A stretch of DNA of 49,984 nt, counting the filler, from Sphacelaria rigidula (Eukaryota), in the NCBI GenBank assembly GCA_964200075.2. It is 3 parts of 3 records of this genome, joined end to end, with 100 filler letters (N's around TTAATTAATTAA, not from the genome) between each part and the next. Parts side by side here need not be neighbours in the genome. Positions count along the whole stretch, not along the records: positions 16,696 to 33,290 come from CAXNAA020001304.1; positions 33,391 to 49,984 come from CAXNAA020001305.1; 1 more part is not named here. One strand, written 5' to 3'. Position numbers and translations under genes: made by a program. Shown here piece after piece: positions 25,396 to 35,411 of the stretch; the stretch's first letter is position 1, and each line of letters starts with the position of its first letter. Below the pieces are notes generated by a model. That model was not told where the DNA came from and did not search any database. It saw only the letters and a list, made by a program, of their open reading frames with translations.

Positions 25396-26857
25396 CAACT
25401 TCACTGTAAAATAGTATGCATGTTCCAGATGAACTACCCGCGCGGTCTAAGGGTCAAGGCAGCGTTGATCGCTGTTTCATGAAGGCGTAGACCACGTGAC
25501 CAGATGCGAACAGACAAGTATGTCGTCACCCCAAGAGATGACTCACTGTCTGTACCTCTGGTGAGTGGTCCAGACCTCATGTTCAGCCGAACAGCCCACA
25601 TATGAAATCCACCAAAAGGCAGCTCAACAGGAATCTTGAACGGCTCCCAATAGAGTCGGTCTTGTCATTTATTGATCGAAAATGTACTGTTGGGAAGAAA
25701 ACCTCATATCTAATGGGTTGTAACTTCAACTATAGTCGTTCATCTTGGAGGATGTGGGTAATTTTTTCAATCAGAAAAATTTTGAGAAGAGGTATCAAAG
25801 GGCACTTGACACTAATCTTGCACACGAACACCCCACATACCACCCGTTCACGGAACCGTGCAAACTCCGCATGACTCATCAGCCACCACCGCAACCCTGC
25901 AGGATGGAGCACGAGCAAAGCACAGGGAAGTCTGTCATGTAGAGTTCACTTTTTTTGTTGAAAACTTGGGCACCCTCTCTCATGGACGGCAACGGAGCTA
26001 CATGGCAGGGTGGGCGACCGACTTGCACACGTGATCATGGGCAGTTCAGATGAACAATGATCACATCGTTCATGTCCTATTCACCTCACACTATAAGCAG
26101 AGGGTAACCAGATAGTCCTGCGCTGCCTGTACTGCAACTTGCCCCCCCCCCCCCCCCCCCCCCCCCTCTCCTTTCTCCGCTTGCTACACCCCACACACGA
26201 ACCCCAAACCCCACACCCACTCATCCCACTCTCNNNNNNNNNNATCTTTTATTTCCTTTTTACCCCCCCCTAAAAAACGAGGGAAACCCAAAAGCCCCCG
26301 GCTCCCCGTACGGCAACTTGCCCCCCCCCCCCCCCCCCTTTTTTTGCATCCTTCGGTACGAAACACGCGTACAAACACTCCCGCCACCCATATTGCCAAC
26401 TGTGCAGATGACACAGTTCCGTCTGTACTGTAGACCATAACAAGTACCGTTTCATGAAGTTCACCGTCTTTCTTCGATAAAAAGCTTGAAAATTCACGTG
26501 GACCCAACTCGCGAAAAATGAACGGAATTCATTCATCATAACGATTCCACCACTCTTTCTCTTCTATCGAAAAATACGTGCGAATATACGCCCTTATAAA
26601 AATCGTGCGGTGGTTCGAGAATTTAAGTGCCGCGGACGTGTTGGATGCAAACGAACTCGATTCCACCTGCACGTCTTCGGCTGTACTTCAAAACGCCGCC
26701 AGCCGTCTTTCCTCCATCATGGAGCGGAAAACAAACTATTTTGCGCAGAACATTCCGTTGAGCTCACACACAACCGAGTTTGCGTCGAAAATGTCCCAGC
26801 GACTTCGCACACCGTTTTGAAGCAAACAACTAATGTTGTCGAACAAGGCGCCGCCTA

Positions 26858-27402
26858 CAGTAGTGGACGGTGCAACTATTTAGGGGTGTTTGAGGTTTTT
26901 CCTCACGTACTACCCTACGCTAAATCCCCAAATTGCTAGCGTCGGTAGATTTGGGTACAAAAAAACAGATCCCTTTCAAAACACAGAACCCAATTCAGAG
27001 TTGGTTGTCATCGGGCAAAACGAGAAAATACCCCGTCTATCAGGAAGGTGTTTTTGAATATAACACAGTTTTTCGATCCTGGTGCTCTGAAAGGGCGGAA
27101 TTAATAAAATATATAACACTGTTTATTTCTTCACAAATGCGATCGAGACGGGCTCGATCGCCCGAAAATACAGATGAGAAAGAATGTGGGCTGAAGCACG
27201 GCAGAACTCCCGATGACCGGTCAGCGTAAGTCACTCAATATTGAGTACATATGATTTTTTCGCCTTGGAATGTGGAGCGGACATCAGGATCTTCATATCC
27301 CCGATTTGATGGGGGCGGCGAGCGAAAAGAGCCCAATAAAATCGCTAGTCACGAAAAAAATCACAAAATGCCACAAAATGGATAGTTGACCGCCCACTAC
27401 TG
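26858..27402 (+). mobile_element. MITE family B (545 nt, TA target), in LHCX-B intron 1
   Basis: TA|CAGTAGTGGACGGTGCAACTAT ... ATAGTTGACCGCCCACTACTG|TA; ~22-nt imperfect TIR with TA duplication. Confidence 0.82.
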
Positions 27403-27772
27403 TATACCTGTGATGGTGCTATATATGATCCGTGCTTCATGCAGTGTAGTGCGTTGGAATGCCGCTCCGCCCACCAGAGTACAGCACATTGCAGCAAAAG
27501 GTGTCCACGCGCATTGAAACACTAGGATGTGATGGCGTGAACTGTCACCTATGCTCCACCGTGTGATGTGCGAAGGTGCACAATGTCGAATCTGCTCCAT
27601 TAATTTCACAACGAACTATCGACCTCGAACATTGAGTAGACGGCGAAGGGACCATGCCATCAGCACGCGAGAGCAAACAAGTTGCCGCACGAGCCTTGAA
27701 TTTTCCCTGCCGTCTTGTTCGTTCATCTATCTCGCTCCATGTGTTTCGCTCCTTCATCTTATTCCCTGGCAG

Positions 27773-27856
27773 CAATTCCACCCGCTGTTCATGGGTCCGG
27801 ACTACATCGGCCCGGCAGTTGATCACTTCCAGGAGATCACGGCGCAGTTCCCCCAG
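27773..27856 (+). CDS. LHCX: LHCX/LI818 copy B, exon 2
   Basis: GCAG| QFHPLFMGPDYIGPAVDHFQEITAQFPQ |GTAATG. Confidence 0.95.
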
Positions 27857-28014
27857 GTAATGAAATACTAATAAAGATGGGGTACGGGCAAGGTCATCCA
27901 TGTGCGCAAGAAGAGAGCCCAAGAGGTGGTGTAGACGTGGTGCCCTAGTGAGACGACATTTTTACTAGCCGAATCAGGAGTTTCGTGGAGCATGGGGTTG
28001 ATGAAACCATGATG

Positions 28015-28250
28015 TTTCTAGTGAGTACGTTCCCAACTCTGCCCTCACAATTGTATTACTCGTCGTTTTCGAGCATCCAAGTATCTTCTTAGCTGTTGCC
28101 ATCTGTACTGTCTCCAACGTTTCCACCAACTTCACGTTCCCCTCCCATACTTTTCCTGCATATTCCAGCTTTGGTACGATCACGTTCATCAGGATCCACC
28201 TCGTAATCCAAGTGTCTAGGCGCCCGTCTCTGAGAATCACGTCCAATGAG
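28015..28250 (-). mobile_element. Non-LTR retrotransposon (LINE) ORF2 fragment in LHCX-B intron 2
   Basis: DVILRDGRLDTWITRWILMNVIVPKLEYAGKVWEG...LETVQMATAKKILGCSKTTSNTIVRAELG resembles the post-RT/thumb region of LINE ORF2 (PxLEYxxxVW...LExVQ...KxILG...ELG). Confidence 0.8.
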
Positions 28251-28364
28251 CTTCTGCTCATACCTGCTCGAAATGATTTCTTACTGCTGGGTGCGCATCC
28301 CACACTTTCATCCCGCCAGGCACAAAATCACCACCCCCAATCCATTCGTGTGTACGTCGAGCAG

Positions 28365-28577
28365 TTCTGGGTGGCTGCCCTTCTGGGCATCGCCTTCATC
28401 GAGTACAACCAAATCACCACCGCCTTCGCGGAGCCAGGATCCATGACCGGCGAGGCCGGACTGAAGGAGGACTACATGCCGGGAGACCTTGGATTCGACC
28501 CCCTGGGCTTGAAGCCCACAGACGACGAAGGTCTCGCCACCATGCAGACCAAGGAACTTAACAACGGTCGTTTAGCG
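28365..28577 (+). CDS. LHCX: LHCX/LI818 copy B, exon 3
   Basis: GCAG| FWVAALLG...EDYMPGDLGFDPLGLKP...TKELNNGRLA |GTGAGT. Confidence 0.95.
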
Positions 28578-28669
28578 GTGAGTTGCGTTTGTCGAGAATT
28601 CGAACACCCGGCATTGTCAACATCCTACATGCGCTCACGTACTTCCTGAAAACGAAATATTGCAAGGTT

Positions 28670-28970
28670 GTACTCTGTAGGGTATGGGAGTCCTTACAGA
28701 ACTTTCAGAAATATCGGGTACCGGTATTAAAGTATTCCAGAAGTTAAACAACTGTCGGGTACCGGTATGAAGGTCTTGCGGAAAATACAGAACTTGTCGG
28801 CTGCGGTACGGAAGGCCTAGAGAAAGCTCTCCACGATTTCAACCTTGGACATTTCCCCCGTGGCGATGGAGATTGGTTCGGTTTAGTGGTGAAAATGTTG
28901 GAAGCAAACCGAACGCCCGAACTGGACGTCGAAATGCCGCCCCGGCAGGAAGTTGACGTGCCGGCACGCG
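28670..28970. repeat. Degenerate interspersed repeat with TCGGGTACCGGTAT sub-repeats, in LHCX-B intron 3
   Basis: ACAGAACTT and TCGGGTACCGGTAT each occur twice; no ORF; boundaries approximate. Confidence 0.45.
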
Positions 28971-29196
28971 TTTTCATTCCCTCACAAGCCGGATGTCAGT
29001 CTTTGTGCTATGCAGAGAAAGCGTCATGCCATGAAAGACGTCGACTTTCAATGATACCATCTATCCTCCATCCTTCTTCGACTGTATTTTTGTCGCACTT
29101 TGAACTCCCTCTAAATTTCAACTTGTATGGATATGTCGTTGTATCCTTCCTCGGCGCACCCTTCTTGCTGCATGCTTGTATTGAATTGTTTCGCAG

Positions 29197-29259
29197 ATGA
29201 TTGGCATCGCCGGCATGCTCGTGCAGGAACTGGTCAGCCCCACGAACATCCTCGGATAG
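29197..29259 (+). CDS. LHCX: LHCX/LI818 copy B, exon 4 (terminal)
   Basis: TCGCAG| MIGIAGMLVQELVSPTNILG* (TAG at 29257-29259); completes helix 3 NGRLAM. Confidence 0.93.
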   Translation: MIGIAGMLVQELVSPTNILG

Positions 29260-32200
29260 ATCCTCGGCTGGAGGGGGGTTGGGAGAGTATCCTACCGCGT
29301 CCCGTGTAACCTTTTAGTTGATTCATGTATGTCAGGTGTATGACTGGGGTGCCGGAGAGTCGCAGCAAGACACATAATCCCACCGTCCGTCCTCCTGATG
29401 GAGTCACACGTGTCACTAGTATTGTCACTGCTGTCAGCCTTGGGTCATTTGTTGACGTTCCCTTTTTTTTTTTTTCATTTTCCCGAGGTGTAGGTGGATG
29501 CGATTGCTTTCGTGATGGCGAGTGATGTGGCTATTGCGGGATAGTACCTTGACAGAAATGTGATGGCGGTCTGTTGATATGTAGACATCATAATTCCTTC
29601 CCACGGGCACTGCGACAGGCCGGTCGGCTCGGTTCTAAGGACAGGGTGAGCGGGTGTAGTCTGGATGATTGGCGAAGATTTTTTCCCACCACGCCCGGTT
29701 TGCAGCTTGCTCGTACCGCTGAGTGTATAGAGCAGTGTGGACGTTTATGTCCTCTCTGAAGGCCTGATTTTCACGTCAAGAGACTTCCGTCTTTTGTCTG
29801 CGATGTGTGGCGACAAGTCGGTGAAATAGTTGGTTGTAGGTGTCAAGGCGTCAACTGGACTTTTTAATTTAATGGTGGTGATCGTGGTGAAATACCAACC
29901 CAGGCCAGCCTAAAAACGGATTTAAGCTCTAGAAGCAATATCTCATCGACCCAGAGGAGTTGGGCCGTGATCCGCATATCGTATCAATCGTCCAATCAAG
30001 GGGAAGGTGCCCATCTGATCAAGAGTTTGGGCCCTTATCTTCTCGTTGATTAAACCTCATGTCTAGTAATTCCCATACCTAGGGGAGATGGAGCCAACAC
30101 TAAAATCTCTATGACACTCCCGTTCGATGCATTTAGCGGATGGCGACGAATTTTGGTGTGACGAACCACAAAAGAGTGCCGAATAAAGAAGAAAAAAAAT
30201 GGGTCCCTTCATTTTTTTTCACAGAAGTTAGGGCGTTCTTGTGAAATATGGTCTTGACCATGGTAAAACGCCCCACCGGTGGAAATAATTGAAAAAAATC
30301 AACCTGACCCACTTCATGTTGAGTATGCCCTAGCCACGCCCCAGACAATTTTTTTAATGCGCAAACACCGAAAGTAGGCGTTAGATGGCCTGCAAAATAC
30401 TGTTCCAAGTTTCTTCTGACCCTGTCACTAAACGGCCGATTACACGGCCAATATTTGGAGTTGGACCCTGAAATTTTGTACGGACAATGAGTTGGGCATA
30501 ATTAGAATGTTGTTGGCGTACACAAGAGGTTTCAAACTCCAAATATTGGCCGTTTTCAGATATCGGTTGGATGCCCCTAACTCATTGAGAAACTACTCAT
30601 TGCTGCATACCAAATTTCAGGGTCCAGCTTCAGTGCAAGTACTGGCCGTATAATGTGGCTGTAAACTGCAAAATCACTTCTCGCAGCTCGTACCCAACCT
30701 GGAAATAACCTGAATCATATCCTTCTCGTTCTGTAGTGCTCCTACTGGATACTCCTTGACCGTCATCATTTAGCTACTCCAACAACTAGGAGGGAAGAGG
30801 CAGTCATGCACGAGTCACTAATATTCGGCGCACTGGCGGATATAACTCACGCGCACGAGTCCTGAATCCTCCCCGCCCGCGGTCCGACATACCCGTGTAA
30901 TATAATCAATTGTCGATCCATGCCTGGGCAGTGGTGCGCCAGTCGACTTTACGAAAGATCCGGCAGCGATCTCGCTTGTGCGTGCCCAAGTTTTTCTGCC
31001 GCGTTTTTCGTGGGCGATAATGCTTGCGCGTCCACGTACGGTGGTTGCAGATCGTCGGGAGGCTCCCGATCGGGATATTATGTCTCTTCGGTATGGGGTG
31101 ACCCCATGCTACTGATGCTCTCGCTTCGTTCCTGATGACTGCAAGCCTGACCCGGAGAAAACCCGGTGTGCGCCGTCCCGACTCTATAGGGATGCGAGGT
31201 CAATAGTCATGTGACTACGTCGTGTAATGTCATGATGGGTACAGCCCCCGCCCTCTCTGGTCGGACACTTCTGAGAAGAACAGGAGGTGGACCAAGGGTC
31301 GGTCGAAAACAAATTTCAGGACACATAATAGGCCCCAAGATCGAAATTCCGAGTTTTTGAGGGGGGTTCCTAGCCCGCTCACAAGTTTATTGACGAGGCG
31401 TTGACGGATGCGGTCAGCTGCCGTGGACGGAGATTCTTGGCCCGGAGTGTGCTGCGCACCGCCCCTCTAAGTCCGTCATATACCGTGATTACATTCATGA
31501 GATTATGCTCCGTGTCGTGTGCCTCGACTACCTACCACTACTAGTAGCTTGGGAATATTATACGAGGCGGGAGATGATGTTGCTACTTTGGGCTGCAGGC
31601 TGTCGCTACCGTGCACCCGTGTACTGTACATGAATGTGTGTGAGCGTTGCCGACATCCGTGGTCATCGGGACAGGGCGGGCAAGGAGCAGGAGCAAGTAT
31701 ACGACCTCGCGTGGCCCGCCAGACTGTTCAGTTTTAATCAAAGCTTGTTGATCAATGTCTTTCAACAATTTCAATGAAAAAATCGCAACAGAAATCACGA
31801 AAAAACAGTGAAATATCATTACAATGTTCGAGAAATTGCCCTCCGGAAAGGCGGGGGGGCGGGCGTCGTGTCCGCAATTTTTCTCTCGACAGACCCTTGA
31901 GTAGACGCACCTGGCTGGACCCGAACCCTGTGTTCCCCTCTCGCTCTCAATAGACTGGTGGTGGTGTTCGTTGTATGATTGGACTACCGGGGTGCGTTGT
32001 GGTCTACATGATGAGCAAACAAATAAATAAATGTGTTCACCACGATTGTGTGCAACATGTAACCGGGTGGTGTGTCGACGACCTCCAAATCTTCACGGCT
32101 CATGAGGATAGGTTCTCGGCGTACAACATATCCGTGAGATCAAGGACGACGTTTGTTTTTCGGGACGGGAGTTTTTTCGTGATCTTCACCAAGACGGCCG

Positions 32201-32285
32201 AACCGTCCGAAACGGTCGCCACCCCCCTGAAATCCCATGTTCTGACGGGATTTTTGATGCAAAAATATTTGAAATAACAGTACAT

Positions 32286-32860
32286 TTTCGAAAATGGGAT
32301 TTGAAAAAAGAAAATAGGTTTGAACTCAAAACCCGTGCTTTCCCTGACCTAAATTCATGAGAAATGACTTTCATACGGACGAGCTCATCCCTCCCGACCC
32401 CCCCTAAAACTATCTCGGGGGATTCTTAGCCTTCCGTTCCCCCCAAAACAGCCGATCATCTATAATACCCTGAAATACCCTGAAATTGGATTTTCCCGTA
32501 GGACCCCAACATTTCGGTTATTGACATCCAAATTTTTAGGACNNNNNNNNCGGGTTCTCATCCTCAATGAAAAGCACCATCCTCAACACAGATGATCGGC
32601 TGTTCAAAGGATATCTTTAAAAAAAAAAGCACGATTTTTCGGCCAAAAAGCGTCTTTTTTCCACACCGAAATCGAGGCAAAGTGTGCTTTCGCACATACC
32701 CTTTGGGGGGAACGGCAGGCTAGGAACCCCCCGAAATAGTTTCTGGGAGGTCAGGAAGGATGAGGTCGTCCGTATGAAAGTCATTTCTCATGAAATTAGG
32801 TCAGGGAAAGCACGGCTTTTGAGTTGAACCTCGTCCTTTTTTTCAACCCCATTTTCGATA
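32286..32860. mobile_element. Foldback-type repeat with ~160-nt inverted arms
   Basis: GTGCTTTCCCTGACCTAA..CATGAGAAATGACTTTCATACGGACGA (~32336-32382) is mirrored by TCGTCCGTATGAAAGTCATTTCTCATG..TTAGGTCAGGGAAAGCAC (~32766-32813); an 8-N gap lies between the arms. Confidence 0.65.
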
Positions 32861-33290
32861 ATCCACTGTTAACGGGGGGTGTTGGTGTGTAGTTTCCATT
32901 TTCATGCTGGATCCGCCACTCACTCACTCCCGATGTATGGGTATCTGGGCCACCCAACAATGGTGGGTAATTTTCTCGCTCAGGCGGACGCACTGCGTAA
33001 AATTGGGAGTTGAACGCTGAATTTCTGACACCAGTTTATTATTATGATCGACATGCAAAACATCTCGAGAGCAGAAAAGAAAAAAAAAGGGAAGAAGGGA
33101 AGTTATGGACGTTTGGAATTTCAGCAAAAACAAGAAAATGTCATAATAATAAGGCCAGGGAAATAACAAGAATCTACAGCTGCTCCCGTCATGTATCATA
33201 ACCTTGGGTGCAGAAGGTCTTCGTGAAATTTCAGCTCAAAACAGCCGATCATCTAAGTTGAGGATGGTGCTTTTCATTGAGGATGAGAAC

Positions 33291-33390
33291 NNNNNNNNNN
33301 NNNNNNNNNNNNNNNNNNNNNNNNNNNNNNNNNNTTAATTAATTAANNNNNNNNNNNNNNNNNNNNNNNNNNNNNNNNNNNNNNNNNNNN
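33291..33390. other. Artificial contig-join spacer
   Basis: 44 N + TTAATTAATTAA + 44 N. Confidence 0.98.
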
Positions 33391-33395
33391 AAAAC

Positions 33396-33640
33396 TCATA
33401 CCTACGACATCTACGATACCACGGTATTTCGAGATTTCAATACCTACCGTACCGGCCCAATCCGGTTTTTTGAAATGTCATACCTACGATACCTACGATA
33501 CCACGGTGTTTCGAGATTTCAATACCTACCGTACCGGCCCAATCCGGTATTTTGAAATGTCATACCTACAATACCTACGCATACCACGGTGTGGGATACC
33601 CCGGAAAATACCGGGGGTACGCTCGGTACGGTACCTTACC
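33396..33640 (+). repeat. Tandem repeat, ~82-nt unit, about 2.5 copies, at the contig start
   Basis: TCATACCTACGA..CTACGATACCACGGT.TTTCGAGATTTCAATACCTACCGTACCGGCCCAATCCGGT repeated. Confidence 0.8.
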
Positions 33641-35340
33641 TACGGTGCCTGTGCGACATTGCTCAACACGCGAGGCATTTTCAGCAGTCACGAAAGCCAC
33701 CGCCAAGCATGTATGGTGCGAGCATAGCAAAAGGCACGATCACTATATACCAACGCTTTCTCCAGCTTGCAGTGTGAACGGAAGTTCAATAGTATGATAT
33801 ATTGATTTCGGCATTCGTGAATATATCCGCTACACGCCACACTACAAGCTACGCTACACGATGGCTCCAGCCGTGCTCACAGATGGCTGTACCGAAGCCA
33901 AACCAAAGTAAACACAACAAACGCTATCTCAGAGAAACTCGAGGAAAGGCCAATGAAAGGCGAAAGGTGAAGGACGAAAGAATCAAAGTTGACGGCAAGA
34001 CAAGAAAAACGTCAAGGAAAAGACTAGAGCTGGTTTCCACGTTCCGGGGATCCAATTTCCTGTGAAATCCGGAGAGGGCCTTCCCTGTCAGAGCTTAGCT
34101 GTTGAGGAAACGGGTCCGTACTAAAAGCAAGACCAAAGAGGCACGTTGCGACTCGCCTATCCGTGTACTGCACTATTTGGCAGGCACTCTCACGTACCGG
34201 TTCTGCAGAAGCTAACCCTAGCGAGACACATCAACACACTAATAGGGTTCATAGAGAGAAAACGACAGAAGAAAAAGTGGGCCATGAGAAAGAAAGAAAA
34301 GAAGGGCAAAGCCCCAATCGAATAATGAACAGGAAGACAGAACAAGGGAACGTCGCTGGAGTTGTGAGGCAAGGAAATAAATCCGAAACCGATAGGATGA
34401 GATGCGTATCAGTTCCTATGCTACCACCCCGCTTCCCCAGTCGCTCGCAGTCAATGACAAAGCGGGCGACTCTCAATCACTTCCAAAAAATGCGCAGGTC
34501 GTTCACCTTAGATAATGGAGCACCAACGTTGTGCACGTCAAGGTACTGTCTCAGCAACTCCGTCGTTTCGGCCACCTAATCCGCCACCAGATACAACGGC
34601 GAAAACGCAGCGAACAAGGGAGGGGAGCGGGGAAGGATAATGCGGGACGTGTACAGTTGTTGCATATCCCCACAGTACCATACAGAATGGTGGTGAGAAA
34701 CAGGTGGGGCTTGCAACGAATGACACGTTGTCGACGAGGGGGAGCCTGCTTTACCTTTCACGCCTTGGTGACGGTACCTACGTTCTTCGAATGCGAACAG
34801 ATATGGATTCATACTCGGTATAGTGGAAAATAGTATGAGCTCTGGAATAAAACCAGTATGAAGGTTACATCATCAAGCTCCCGAACACGTTGCGTAGGTA
34901 CGGCAGGGTAACATAGAGCGCGGGATACGACACGTCCGAGTGGTGGCTCCTTCAAAACATCGACGGCCATGATGAAGCACTTTCCTAAACTCCCGAAACA
35001 TCTCACCAGATCCTTCCTAAGACGCCCCTCTCGTTGGCGTGGCTATCGCAGGTTCAAAGAATATCAAGAATGAAAAAAACACCGAGGAAGCGTTGCCTAC
35101 TCCCCACTCAAGTGCATTATGCTCTCAAGAACAGTACGCCATGAGGGGTACGAGCTTGGCCAGCATAAAACGTGTAAAGACCTTCCACCGAACATATTTC
35201 GAAGTCCGTGACGACATATCCCCGTGAAACAGATCCCTGTTTTCGAGAGATCGACATGCGTGTGCTTTGGCAGCTCTCAATGTACGTAAGGGTGTTTATA
35301 TACAAAACTTCGTGCGAATATTTCGAATAAAAAGGAAGGC

Positions 35341-35411
35341 GCATGGCGGGAATCAAACCCACGTTTTTTGCGCCCTTACTGTGACAGTCTGACCATTAGA
35401 CCTCCCGCTGG
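35341..35411 (-). mobile_element. Degenerate tRNA-derived (SINE-like) head
   Basis: Minus strand AGGTCTAATGG (A-box-like) and GGTTTGATTCC (B-box-like) at tRNA-like spacing; no complete cloverleaf seen. Confidence 0.4.

Noticed and set aside
13387..29259. Oxidative/light-stress gene cluster of vBPO and LHCX
   Set aside because: The genes are on different contigs separated by an artificial spacer.
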